Shown: one piece after another, positions 1 through 12,980 of the stretch
How the letters are laid out: every line of letters begins with the position of its first letter
Numbering within the stretch: the first letter of the stretch is position 1
DNA from: Eledone cirrhosa
Taxonomy: Eukaryota
DNA length: 64,000 nt
Reading direction: 5' to 3'
NCBI GenBank assembly: GCA_964016885.1
Contig: OZ024740.1
Location: 275,342,001-275,406,000 of the forward strand
Notes under the pieces: model-generated
What the model was told of the DNA's origin: nothing
The model's database searches: none
What the model saw: the letters and a program-made list of their open reading frames with translations, nothing else
Translations under genes and position numbers: made by a program

Positions 1-2489
1 AAGGTTTGTTCTAAATATCAGAGATTTGGACATCGACAAAAATTAAATTCAATTGACCAGAAAATATTTTTCTTGGTGTGAAGAAGGATTTGACTAATTT
101 GCTTCAAAGTCAATCTATAAGTAAAATGCTATTCTTTTTTATTGTATTTTTTACATTTCTCTTTTACTTTTTTTTCTTATTTATTTGTTTTCTTTATCTC
201 TACTTTTTTCTCTTCTACTTTATTCAGTCTGTCCTTTTTTTCTATTTTTTCCTATTTTAGAGTACTCCATCAAAATTGTGGACAAATTCAAAAATAACTG
301 ACAAACAAAAGGGTTATAAGGATGGTGATGAGGCTGGTTTAGGATTGTGCTGGTGATGGTGGTAGTGGCAATGGTTATAAAACAGAACAAGTGGAATAAA
401 ACTAAGTGATTTCTTCTACTCAACATAGATACAAGTAAAAGTTGGTAAAAATCTTTGGCAATGAGGTTTTGCAGGGACTAAATCACTTCCATTACATTGG
501 TCATACTGAAATAGGTTTCTCAGTTCATTGTATAATCGCAGATATGTGCCTCAGTTTTAAGTTATGTACATATGTTCATACATCTATGTGTATATGCGTA
601 TGCAAGTTTTTATAAAACTGCACAGAGCACACACACACACACACATATCTTTCTATATTTCTCTTACTGGAACTATGTAGATATGTAGTTAGGTTCTTCC
701 ACTCACGATTATAAGGTCAGAAGTTCGATTCCTGCCCACACAGTGACATGTTGTGCCCTTTAGCAATACTCTTTATTTACTGTTGCTTCAGTGGTCTGGA
801 GACTTATCATCCCTTTCCACTCATCATCCTTATCATCGTTTAATGTCCATTGTTCTTGCTTGCTTGGATTAGATGGGTTGTCCCATTATGAGACTAGTCA
901 GGTGTGGAGAGCAAATCTTGCTCATATGCATCTGTATGCATTTGGTTGCATCTGTATGCATTTGGTTTGGTTTCTATGGCTAGATGCCTTTCCTAACATG
1001 AGCCACCTACCAGTGGACTGGGTGCTTTTGTTGTTGTGACACCAGATCAGCATACTGTATTAACAATATCGAAAGCTCTAGTAAGATATAAAACTCATAA
1101 ATACATTTATGTAACCAACTATGTGAGAGCGAGAAATAAAATTCAAATTTTGTTTTTAATTTCTTTGCTAAACCAGCTGTAAAATCGCTCAGTAAGCAAA
1201 TGAGGCTAATCAACCGATGTATACTTTAGAAAATAGTATATATTTTCAACAGTCCAAGTGAGTGGCAAAGAACAATAATCCAGAAACATGCTGATTGTTT
1301 CTCAAAGCCACTGCTATAACAAACGGATGATGATGGTCATCAAAAGACATAGAACAATGAGGCTGTCTCCTTACAAATGAATCAAATACTATTATTATTA
1401 TTCAATATAAAACTTATGGATGCATTTAAGTAACCCGGTATATGAGAGTGAGAAATTAAATTCTTATTTTGTTATATATATATATACTGTACGTATATAT
1501 ATTTATATACTACTAAAACTCTGTGATTGTGTGCTTGTCTGTAATTTAATACAGCCAAAATGGCACATAATGGGAAAATACTTTGAAAAGAAATTACCTC
1601 TGAAATGAGAATACAAATGGAATAAAACATGCTTCACGTAAATCAGACACGGGTTCCTGAGATACGGGTTTTTTGGAGCACCTTCATAAATAGCCAACAG
1701 CTTCATGATAACCAATACAGCTCTCTCTATATATTATAAACCCCTCTTTTTCTGTATATTATAACCTTCTCACTCTATATATATATATATTATAACCCTT
1801 GCCCTTTCTATATATTATAGCCTTCTCTCTTTTGTTACAAAGCCAGCAATTATCCCAGTGTATTACTGGTGCTTTATTTTATCGAGCCTGTAAGGATGAA
1901 AAGCGATGTTAACCTCGGCGTGATTTCAATTCAGAACATAAAGGGTCATAATTCTCTGCTGCATATATAATATATGGAACTTGCATTCTCCAAATCCCAA
2001 ATTATTGCCCTGACAATACTTTAGTGTTACCTGGTAATATTGAAGTTGAAATGTGTGTAGCCAATAATAAAAGGATTTAAAGTACCTTCTTTGGTTGTCA
2101 ATTGATTTAGAGTACTCCCATGACTAGTGGTCTCCTTGGTTTCAGCACTGCAGACGCCCCCCTCCTCTCTCTCTCTCTCTCACTCCCTCTCTCTCTCTCT
2201 CTCTTTCCCACTCTCATTCTCTCTCTATCTCTCTGTATATATATATATATATACATATATACACACACACATATACATATATATATATATATATATATAC
2301 ATATATATGGTACTGTGCAGTTTTACAGAAGACCTGCCCTCTATTATTCTCAGGATAAGGCTTATACCTAGTAGGCAACACCCTTCTCAACCTTCTTTCC
2401 CTTCTCATTCATCTCCCTTAGCGGTAAACATAGCCCCCTACTACCCTGTCCACATTTTTCCCCAGGCTCGTCCACTGTCCCTAGTCCCA

Positions 2490-2922
2490 AGACAAAAGTG
2501 ACCAGGCCCCACTGTGGAGTGGTTGTGTAGGCGACACGACAAAGGTGCCCAGTCCACACTGTAAAGAACATCCAGCCCACACTGTAATTTGATCATGTAG
2601 GTGTCACGACAAAAAGCACCCAGTACACACTGTAAATGTCGTTGGCATCAGGAAGGGCATCCAGCCATAGAAATCTATCCCCAAAACACCCAGCCCACAC
2701 TGTAAAGTGGACGTGTAAAAGACAATGCAAAAAGCACCCAGCACACACTGTCAATGGGGTTGGTGTTAGGAAGGGCATCGAGCCATAGAAAACCAGCCAG
2801 AAACACTTCTATATGAGTGAGACATGGTCACCCGACCCAACTTAGCTCTATATAGGACAAACCCGTATAACCCATGCTAGCGTGGAAGATAGATGTTAAT
2901 TGATGATGATGATGAGGATGAT
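2490..2922 (+). repeat. RTE 3'-UTR-derived array of ~40-bp units with RTE terminal motif and (GAT)n tail
   Basis: Repeated cccagcccacactgtaaa...gtgtcacgacaaaaagca, ggaagggcatccagc..tagaaa, and acccatgctagcgtggaa. Confidence 0.75.
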
Positions 2923-3289
2923 ATATGTGTGTATGAAGTGGAGTTGTTTCAGAATATATTGCTGTTTATGGTTAGGGGCAAAAGTTTTGTGGAAGTTTCT
3001 TTGGAGCTTTGAATGGGAGCAACCATATTAAAAAAAGATATGGACAGATTGAAACAGGCAAGAGATATAAACCATGTGTATGTGTGTGTAGTAGGTAATA
3101 AAACATAAAAAATATTATTTTAGCTCACTAAACTTTCTTAATATCCATATTTTTCCAGCTCATATTCCATTCCTTCCTTTAATTAGTATACTTCCTCCAA
3201 TGGCAACCCTTATTGATTCCCATGCTGAGGTAACATTTCTCTTCTATACAACTTTCACCTTTGTGGTGGCAACAGCACCACCATCATCA

Positions 3290-3314
3290 ACAGCAGCAGC
3301 AGCAGCAGCAGTAG

Positions 3315-3378
<64 letters not shown>
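3290..3378. repeat. (CAG)n(TAG)n compound microsatellite
   Basis: Read directly. Confidence 0.95.
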
Positions 3379-3854
3379 TAGTGATATCCAATGTTTATGC
3401 CACTGATATGAAGTAGGTTATCAAGAGTGGGTGTTGGGGATGAGGAGGAAGATTGGTAATAGTATAGACCAAAGAGAATGGGGATGGGTTGTAAGGTCCA
3501 TGAATATATGTGCCTCAGTCAGTTGAGTAGTGAATGAGAGATCGGGAAAGTGGGCAACATATATACATATGTATGTATATATATTTATATACTACTAAAA
3601 CTCTGTGATTGTGTGCTTGTCTGTAATTTAATACAGCCAAAATGGCACATAATGGGAAAATACTTTGAAAAGAAATTACCTCTGAAATGAGAATACAAAT
3701 GGAATAAAACATGCTTCACGTAAATCAGACACGGGTTCCTGAGATACCGGTTTTTGGGGGCACCTTCATAAATAGCCAACAGCTCCATGATAACCAATAC
3801 TATATTATAAACCCCTCTTTATTATAAACCCCTCTTTTTCTGTATATTATAACC

Positions 3855-3886
<32 letters not shown>

Positions 3887-4436
3887 TACAACCCTTGCCC
3901 TTTCTATATATTATAGCCCTCTCTCTTTTGTTACAAAGCCAGCAATTATCCCAGTGTATTACTGGTGCTTTATTTTATCGAGCCTGTAATATATGTTGCC
4001 CACTTTCCCCATCTCTCATTCAATACTCAACTGACTGAGGCACATATCATCCCTTGTTATTTCCTAACCATAACTGGAATATTTGACCAGTCCCTGCAAC
4101 CAGCCCCCTATTTACCAACACCACCTTATTCCTACACCAAAACTGATAAACATAACAATATGCTATTGTTGTTCTCTTCCTTAATCTTTTATCACGTTTA
4201 TCACTTTGTATCTACAATAAAGATCCCACACCTCAGCCCATCCCCTTGAGACAGGGGTATAGAAACTATGATGTATGGTTTGGTAAATGGCTGTGTGGCT
4301 GCTGTTGTAATACACACTGCTTGAAAATTGTTGGAAGAATTTCTGAAATAGAAAAGATTTGAAAGGAGGGAATCATTTTTTCTAGATTAGTATTACATGT
4401 TTGTAGATAATGTAGGTTCACACATACAATATATAA

Positions 4437-4790
4437 TTGTTTCTACTTTTGGCACAAGGCCAGCAATTACCCACTGCATTACTGGTACTTTATTTTATCG
4501 ACCTCGTAAGGATGAAAGGCAAAGTTAACCTCGGCGGGATTTGAACTCAGATCATACAGGGAGGTAACTCTATGCGTCAAAGCATGGCGTCCGACCCTCT
4601 ACCGATACTGCCAATCCAATATAATGAAAAACATTTCTAACCCAACTGTGCATGTCTATCCTGTTCATATAAATAATTGTTTCTACTTTAGGCACAAGGC
4701 CAGCAATTACCCAGTGCATTACTGGTACTTTATTTTATCGAATCGACCCCCCCCCCCCCCCGTAAGGATGAAAGGCAAAGTCAACCTCGG
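4437..4790 (-). mobile_element. SINE family A (tRNA-derived), one full and one partial copy
   Basis: A-box tggcagtatcggtag, B-box gagttcaaatcc, central gcctttcatccttacggggtcgataaaataaagtaccag, and (ATT)n tail. Confidence 0.85.
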
Positions 4791-5260
4791 CTATAAATAA
4801 TGAACAGGAGAAGTAACAGTACACACCCTTGGTGGAGTCCGGCTCCCACATTGAATGGTTTTGATTTAGCACCATTTATCTGAACACAAATACTTGGGCA
4901 TTCATATAAAGACATCAGGGCAGCAAGAAGCTGACCATCAATCCCATACTCCTGCACAACATTCCACAGTAGGGCCTGCACAACATTCCACAGTAGGGCC
5001 TGCGCAACATTGTCATGCCTTTTCAAGGTCAACAAACAAGAATATACTTCATGACAATACGCCCACGATTTTTCACAGGCCTGCCACAGTGTGAATATCT
5101 GGTTGGCTGTTATGCGTCCAGGGCGAAAACCACACTGTTCATCAGCTAGCTTGGACTCAACAATCTCCCTGCATCTCTTTGCCAGACACTTAACATAGAC
5201 TTTAACAGGGAAGCTTAACTAGCAGATCCCCCTGTAATTGGAACAATCTCTCTTGTTTCA
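4790..5260 (-). pseudogene. Decayed RT fragment of an older RTE-type LINE
   Basis: EQCGFRPGR...QIFTL, YGIDGQLL...LY, GLHQGCVL..LLFIIY. Internal ~24-bp tandem duplication (gggcctgcacaacattccacagta). Confidence 0.8.
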
Positions 5261-5712
5261 TTTGGAAAATTGGAATTATCACAAAAGAGAAAAAGGAACA
5301 TAAATAGAAGCAGACGTAGTATATAGTGTGATGAAGATAAAGTGAAATTTGAGGGAAGGTCGGGGTTATAATGAATAGGAAGTAACGTAGGTAAGTGTGT
5401 GTAAATTAGTGGAGGTTGATAATGGAATTACTAGAGAAGACAAGGTGCTTGATATACATGATGATGGTGATGATGTCAACATTAATGAAATAATAGTGAT
5501 GACAGGATGGATTACTAATAGTAAGGGTAGAGTCGAAGAAAATATGAAAATAAGGTATATACAGTCATCATCATCATCATCATCATCATCATCACCATTT
5601 TACATCTGTTCTTCCACGCTAGCATGGGTTAGACGGTATACACACAAAACGATTTCACACAACAATAATATAATATAGCAACATATTAGCACATATTATG
5701 CACACACACAAG

Positions 5713-5902
5713 GGTGGTGGTTTGGCAGTATCGGTAGAGGGTCGGACAGCATGCTTTGTAGCACAGAGTTATGCCCCTTTCTGATCTGAGTTCAAATCCT
5801 GCCGAGTTTAACTTTGCCTTTCATCCTTACGGGGTCGATAAAATAAAGTACTAGTAATGCACTGGGTAATTGCTGGCCTTGTGTCAAAAGTAGAAACAAT
5901 TA
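5713..5902 (+). mobile_element. SINE family A
   Basis: Same consensus as 4437-4618. Confidence 0.85.
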
Positions 5903-6034
5903 TGCACACACACAATCATACACACATACAAACACAATCACACACACACACACATATATATATCATCGTCATTATCATTGTTTAATGTCCATTTTCCATA
6001 GTAGCATAAACGTATATATATATATATATATGTG

Positions 6035-6064
<30 letters not shown>

Positions 6065-6066
<2 letters not shown>

Positions 6067-6360
6067 GTGAAAGAGGGAAGAATAACATGGTCAACAGTAC
6101 AAAAAGGGTTTCATTTACAGTATTAACAATTGTTTCATTGATTAGGATGTCAAAAGGTTGCTAATCACTTGAAGTTATGTCATTCAATCTTAAAAACAGT
6201 GTATGCCTAATCAAATCATCGGAATAACTGTATTTAAGTTTGAGTGACACAACTTCAAGTGATTAGCAACCTTTAGACATCCTAATCAATGAAACAATTG
6301 TTAATACTGTAAATGAAACCCTTTTTGTACTGTTGACCATGTTATTCTTCCCTTTCACTA
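6065..6360. repeat. Self-inverted (palindromic) PLE-type insert next to (TA)n
   Basis: ~120-bp arms, 6065-6185 versus 6241-6360, near-identical in reverse complement. Confidence 0.8.
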
Positions 6361-6827
6361 TTATTACTCCAAGATAACCTCCATAGGAATTCCCGTGAAC
6401 TCGCCACCTAACTAAGGAAACCTCTTGTTGAGTCAAACAACGCCGTATGTTAAAACTATTCATAATATAGAGTACTCACAACCTCTAACTGGATTACCTA
6501 TAACAATAATTTGTTATCCTATATATATATATATAATTAATGCGCACACACTTGCATATGCACATATACAACTCCTCAGAGAGAAAGTACTTTTCTTAAC
6601 TAAGATATTATGCAAGTACTTGAAACAACTATAATTCTATGATTTAGAATGTAATGCACATAGAAAAGTCTTAACACATGAGATGTAGACTAAATTAGTC
6701 ACATCATCATTCTGGATTGCTATGTCAATTCAAATAATACAAAGGACACTTACAAAGATATTCTTATGAATTGAATAAATTTACTAAGGTATTCCTAACT
6801 GTAGAAAGGAATATAGGAAAATATAGG

Positions 6828-6860
<33 letters not shown>

Positions 6861-6868
<8 letters not shown>

Positions 6869-7148
6869 AGATCAAAAGATGGTTAAAGGAGTTCCATATA
6901 TTTTATTATGCGCATTTCAAAAACAAACATCATCAAGCAATAATATTTGTGTTTTCATCAGATAAAACAGGAGAACATGATATGAAGGCTAAAAAACACT
7001 TGTGGATAGTGCAGTTTTAAATCAACATATCATAGGAAATAACATATCTGATGAAAACACAAATATTATTGCTTGATGATGTTTGTTTTTGAAATGCGCA
7101 TAATAAAATATATGGAACTCCTTTAACCATCTTTTGATCTTATATTAT
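6861..7148. repeat. Self-inverted PLE-type insert carrying hammerheads
   Basis: Arms 6861-6964 and 7045-7148 are essentially perfect reverse complements. Confidence 0.85.
6901..6967 (-). ncRNA. Minimal type I hammerhead ribozyme motif (PLE-type)
   Basis: Minus strand: ttttat-CTGATGA-(stem II aaacacaaatattatt/gatgatgtttgttttt)-GAAA-tgcgca-TA-ataaaa. A mirror copy lies on + at 7045-7108. Confidence 0.75.
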
Positions 7149-7426
7149 GCATACTCCAGTCCCACAAACTGTAGAGTGCTTCTTATCCGATATCTGCATT
7201 GCTGTATTGTACTACAATAAAACTCACCTCCTACATTATATATATATATATATACATATATATATCCAGAATTAGCCGTCGAAACGGCTTGAGCTCAGCC
7301 GTCGGGGTCCTACTCGTTCCTATTACCCACTCTACTACCCTAAGAATTGAGTACTTTGGTGCGTTATGGTCCATCTGGTTCCTTACCACATTTCCTTCGT
7401 TATATATATATATATCTAAAATTATA

Positions 7427-7499
<73 letters not shown>

Positions 7500-7570
7500 G
7501 TAGGTCCCGGGTTGAGTCGGGGATAACCACAGTAAGTTACTCAATACATGGCAGAGTAAATTTTTTTATT

Positions 7571-7658
7571 TTATAGAAGGAGCTTCTACAGGACTAGTAC
7601 TGTTTCATTCAGATGAAATCTTCAGGAAGAAACAGTACTAGTCCTGTAGAAGCTCCTT

Positions 7659-7664
<6 letters not shown>
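7571..7664. repeat. Short palindrome with a partial hammerhead core
   Basis: ~35-bp perfect arms. Minus strand reads CTGAAGA-tttcatctgaat-GAAA-cagtactag-TC. Confidence 0.7.
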
Positions 7665-7724
<60 letters not shown>

Positions 7725-8302
7725 CACATATTTGTTCCTCTGCTGCTACACCGTCTTTTTCGTTCTATGTATCTTTACCCTTTCTAGCAGTCTCTTTCTC
7801 TGTTAGCCTCTTCCTCACCCTTCACTCACTCATTCTCTGTCACTACCTCTCCTCCTCCTCCTCTTTCTTCCCGTTTGACCTGTGAGTAGCTATTTTCTCT
7901 CACATTCTCGGCCAAGCTGGTCGGAATTTTTTCTCTCTCGTCTACAATTTCACAGAACTTATGTTTACCGAATTCGCAGACCAGACCCCTTCTTCCTCCC
8001 GTTAGACCTCTGCGAAATTCCTTCCTTGCTCACATTTCAACCAGGTTTGATGGTCTTTATTCTCTCGTTCACGATTTCACCGAACTTAAATTCATAGGAA
8101 TCTGGGACTTGTCCCCTTCTTCCTCACTTTCTGTTGCTTCACCATTTTGTTTGTTTACCCTCGTGTCCCCTTTATTTACGTGTCCCAACGACTTTTTTTA
8201 GCCGTTGCTCGCACCAACCAGAGGTATATGGTCTTTAAAGCGATGAAATGCCTATGATAGTTGGAAGATCACTGATGAAGGACAAACTTTTTTCATATAT
8301 AC

Positions 8303-8411
<109 letters not shown>

Positions 8412-10030
8412 GTGAAAAGATAACAAGGACGATTGGTTACTCCTTCATTACATTTATTGGTTGGTGACGCGCGTTTTGCCACTGTTTCGCCACGGTTCGA
8501 TCTGTATCGATCTTACCCAACTCTGTAATCTGCAACTGGACGGACCCCTTGAAATGCTAGTAGAAAATGAATACATGCTATATGATAAAGTCAGAAGTTC
8601 AATCTCAGAGCATTTGTTTTATAACATGTAAACCTTTGTAAGTTCAGATTTTGTAAATATCATGTCGCATCCATTACCCCCACCAAAAGACACATCGCCA
8701 TACACCCCTAACCTCAGTACCATTGTGTTCTATCTCTCCTCTCTGTCAGGTTTTTTTACATTGTAAACCATAGTAGCATCCGATCCTGTAAATATAATGT
8801 CGAACATATAACCCCATCGCCAACCGCCACCATACACATCGCTATATGTCTACCATCCCTCATCCACAACCTTGTTTCCTTGTGTTCACTGTCAATTTTT
8901 GAACCTGCAATCCTTCGTAAAATTCGATCCTGTAAATATTCTGTCGCACACACCACCATCACCACCACCAGATACATCTCCATACTTCAACAATCATTAA
9001 ACATCATTAACATCACCAACACATATCACCCCTCCCTCCCAGAACCACTCTGTTATATCTGCCCTCTCTGTCAGGTTTTACCTTATAAACCACCGTAACA
9101 TCCGATCATGTAAATATATTGTTGAACACATCACCCCATCGCCACCACCACCACCGCCACTACCACACACATCGCTATACGTTCACAGCCTTGTTTTCCC
9201 CGTGTTCCCTATGTCACTTTTTAACCTGTAACCCATCGTAAAATTCGATCCTGTATATATTTTGTCTCACACAACACTACCAAATGGCACATCTCCATAC
9301 TTCAACAATCATTAACATCATTAACATCACCAACACATATCATCCCTCTCTAAACAACGCAAGTGTGTGTGTCTGTGTGTAAGTATATTTATATGTACAA
9401 CGCCATCTCCATTGGCTCTCCCCCCCTCTATGTACAACGCCATCTCCACTGGCTCCCCCCCCCCACGCCCTCTCTATGTACAACGCTAGCTCCACTGGCT
9501 CTGCCCCTCTCTCTATACATATATATATATATGCACATGTGTAATGTATACAACGTTTTTGTCAGACTAAGTATCTAAGTATGTATCTCCTTATTCAATT
9601 TGACACCATTAACATATCCATCACACCACCATAAACACCATTACCATAAACAACAACACCACACCCACACTACACACAATAATCAGCCACAAATATAAGC
9701 TAATCTAACGACAATCCACCATGACCGCCCACCTAAGCCTGCGACCGTCACCACCATCTTATCATCACATCCACCCCCACATACACTACAGGCAAAAACA
9801 TCCCGATGAACTATTCCACCAATCAAAACAAACTTTATTGACCAACATATGAACTTCTAACTTTATCATATAGCATGTATTCATTTTCTACTAGCATTTC
9901 AAGGGGTCTGTCAGTCGGGTAAGATGGATACAGATTGAACCTTGAGCTGATCAGTAGCGAAACACCAACGCGCGTCACCTACCAATAAATGTAATGAAGG
10001 AGTAACCAATCGTCCTTGCTATCTTTTCAC
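8412..10030. mobile_element. Non-autonomous element with ~190-bp inverted termini and internal C/A-rich tandem repeats (probably PLE-derived)
   Basis: 8412-8600 is a diverged reverse complement of 9850-10030. Internal cgatcctgtaaatat...acac..cacc units recur about 5 times. Confidence 0.65.
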
Positions 10031-10141
10031 AATAATACACTCTATATAGCTCTACACCTCGCCACTGAAGTGAACCTAAATATGGAGTGCTTACCCGAGT
10101 GAACCTACTGTAACTCCAAGTTACACTCCCTGGATATATAT

Positions 10142-10142
<1 letters not shown>

Positions 10143-10173
<31 letters not shown>

Positions 10174-10495
10174 TTTACGTCCACTTTTCCCTGCTTGCAA
10201 GGGTGGGACGGGAACTGATCTGGCTTGATTTCTACAGCTGGATGCCCTTCCTAACACCAACCTCATTACAGTGAGTTATGGGTGCTTTTTTTTCCGTGGC
10301 ACCTCCACGACCACTTTGCAGTGGAATGATAGGGACCCCAGTCCCTATCATCTCATTTCTACAGCTGAGTAAACTGGAGCAATGTGAAATAAAGTGTCTT
10401 GCTCAAGGAAACAACACATCACCCGGTCTGAGAATTGAAGTCACAACCTTTCGATTGCAAGGCCAATGCTCTAACCACTAAGCCATGTGCCTCCA
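10143..10495 (-). mobile_element. SINE family B: tRNA head + CORE-like domain + RTE-derived tail
   Basis: ggaggcacatggcttagtggttagagc...ttcaattctc; ccttgagcaagacactttatttcacattgctccagt; RTE-like 3' end with (GAT)n. Confidence 0.85.
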
Positions 10496-10507
10496 TATAT
10501 ATATATA

Positions 10508-11248
10508 TGGTGGCTGCCAACTCGTTTTCGAGTACGGCCACTACTTCATATCCATGTAGGAGAACCTCTACCGATGCGCTGAACGACTGACTTTTTAGTC
10601 CAGCCAGCGACTTGAGAACTCTGGTACAAACACTTGTGACAATTATTGACACATAGTGCTGGGCCCATGGTACCATGTGACGACAAGTGCAGAGAGATCT
10701 CCAGATATAAAGCAATGCCTGTGCCGTGAAGCTTTTATAGTGAGCAAAGGCACTGCACAAAGCCAGTCCCACTCTCTTAACCAAGATGATATTTACCAAA
10801 AAGAAGAACAAGTCAACATCATTGGATACCATCAGGGTTGCAGGTGTTATATCAGAGTTTTCCTTCTCCTAGAATTCTGCCTTGACAAAGGCTAAGGGGT
10901 CATCTCTCCCGGTGATTCTGGATGGCCATTGACTCTTAAGAGCTGTTTGCCCTTTGACAGGTTTTGTTTTTAGTCCTGCAGGATGCCCAAAGTCACCCTC
11001 CTCACCAAGAAACCTTGGTGGGGTTGCCAGTTTAGTCGCCAACGACCCGACCATGAGACAGGTTGTACTGGGATACATGTTACCAGTAGCACCAAGTGGT
11101 GACCTGACATAATATATATATATGTATGTATATACACACACCAAGAAACCTTGGTGGGGTTGCCAGTTTAGTCGCCAACGACCCGACCATGAGACAGGTT
11201 GTACTGGGATACATGTTACCAGTAGCACCAAGTGGTGACCTGACATAT
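10508..11248 (-). mobile_element. Probable RTE-type 5' UTR remnant with an exactly duplicated 5' end
   Basis: GC-richer insert in (TA)n. Minus strand has ctaggagaaggaaaactctga, resembling RTE 5'-UTR motifs. 11003-11110 is repeated at 11138-11246. Confidence 0.5.
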
Positions 11249-11450
11249 ATATATATATGTATGTATATACACACACATCCATCTTACATACACTCACACA
11301 CACATACACACATATATACACATGATTATTTGTTTATATTTGGAAGCATATATATATAGATACAAAAACACACCCATACATTCATACACACACAAATATA
11401 TATATATATACATGTCATGTATGCATGTACACACTCATACACATCATTGA

Positions 11451-11631
11451 ATTGGCAGTATCGGTAGAGGGTCAGACGCCATGCTTTCCAGCATAGTTAC
11501 GTCCCTTTACAGTCTGAGTTCAAATCCCATTGAGGTTAAATTTGCCTTTCATCCTTACCAGGTCGATAAAATAAAGTACCAGTAATGAACTGGGTAATTG
11601 CTGGCCTTGTGCCAAAAGTAGAAACAATTAT
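11451..11631 (+). mobile_element. SINE family A
   Basis: Same consensus. Confidence 0.85.
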
Positions 11632-11636
11632 ACATA

Positions 11637-11673
<37 letters not shown>

Positions 11674-11724
11674 CGTGTGTGTTTGTGTATATATTTACAT
11701 GTATATATTTATAGATGTACATAC

Positions 11725-11760
<36 letters not shown>

Positions 11761-12249
11761 TGTCTGTAGTTTCTTGTAAAGACAATATGAATGTCTTTCA
11801 ATATTCCCATACTTCAGTAAATTTAGGTATATTTTAATAGTTACATATGTGATAATCAAGACATATCAGAATTCTCATGCAGCTATCATAGTCTGGGGGA
11901 CTTACCAGAGTGAATAGTGAATTCTTGAATTCTAAAGAATAATTCATAATGGGTGAAAGTAGTGAATGGACACCAGATGCCATATGATGGTCTTATGTAC
12001 ATAACTCCTAATTAATTGTCTCTACTAATTCAATGAGAAATGCATTCAACTAAATTTGATTGAATGCAGAAACATTTGTGTTGTTTTAATTTAGTTTGTA
12101 GCACATGACACCTATGTAACTAATTAATTAGTTACAGCAATACAACCATAGATGCATATTTAATTTTACTAATACTATTAATTATCTAAGGGGTTGTGAA
12201 TGAGGGACAGGGAGGGTTGACAGCATATATATATATATATATATATATA

Positions 12250-12920
12250 TCATCGTTTAACATCCATTTTCCATGCTAGCATGGGTTAGACAGGTTGTCC
12301 TGTTGTGAGAGAAATCATAACTTCTTCACAGAGAACCGTTTCTGGCTTGGTTTCTACAGTTGGATGCTCTTCCGAATGCCAACAACATTTAGGTGTGGAC
12401 TGGGTGCCTTTTACAGTGTGGACCGTTATCATGGCACCAAAATGACCATTTTACAGTGCGGACTGGACACTTTTTGTTATGTCACCAACACAACCACATT
12501 AGAGTGTGGACTGTGCACTTTTTGTTGTGTCACCAACATGACCACGTTACAGTGTGGATTGGGCGCTTTTGTTTTGTTACTAAAATGACCACTTTACATT
12601 GTGGATAGGCACTTTTGTGATGTGTTCAACACAACCACTTTATAGGTTGGAATGGGTGTTTTTGTCATGTTTCCATCATGCCCACTTTACAGGGTGGGCT
12701 GGGTGATTATTATCATGTCATACTATCAATCTGACCACTCATCATCATCTTCATCAACGTTTAACATCTATCTTCCACGCTAGCATGGGTTTAGACGAGA
12801 ATTGTCCTACTTGAGGCAAGATTGGTCGGGTGGCCATGTCTCCCTCGTATAGGACTGTCTGGCAGGTTTTCTACGGCTTGGTGCCCTTCCTAACACCAAC
12901 CACGTTTACAGTGTGGATAT
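12250..12920 (-). repeat. RTE 3'-UTR-derived ~40-bp unit array plus a second short 3' end
   Basis: About 8 units of ttacagtgtggactgggcacttttt.gtcacc..catgaccac. (CAT)n-type tails at 12250 and 12740. Confidence 0.75.
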
Positions 12921-12980
12921 TTGTATTAACCTGCATGCAACAAGAATTATGAAAAGACAACAATGAGATGAGTGCAATAC

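Larger units (their letters stand above)
1494..3989 (+). repeat. ~400-bp direct duplication (1494-1893 and 3575-3989)
   Basis: Near-identical sequence, also visible as twin ORFs 1503-1715 and 3585-3797. Confidence 0.9.

Noticed and set aside
8268-8296. CTGATGA at 8271 (also CTGACGA at 34996) as hammerheads
   Set aside because: No downstream GAAA, stem III or stem I partner. Truncated or coincidental.
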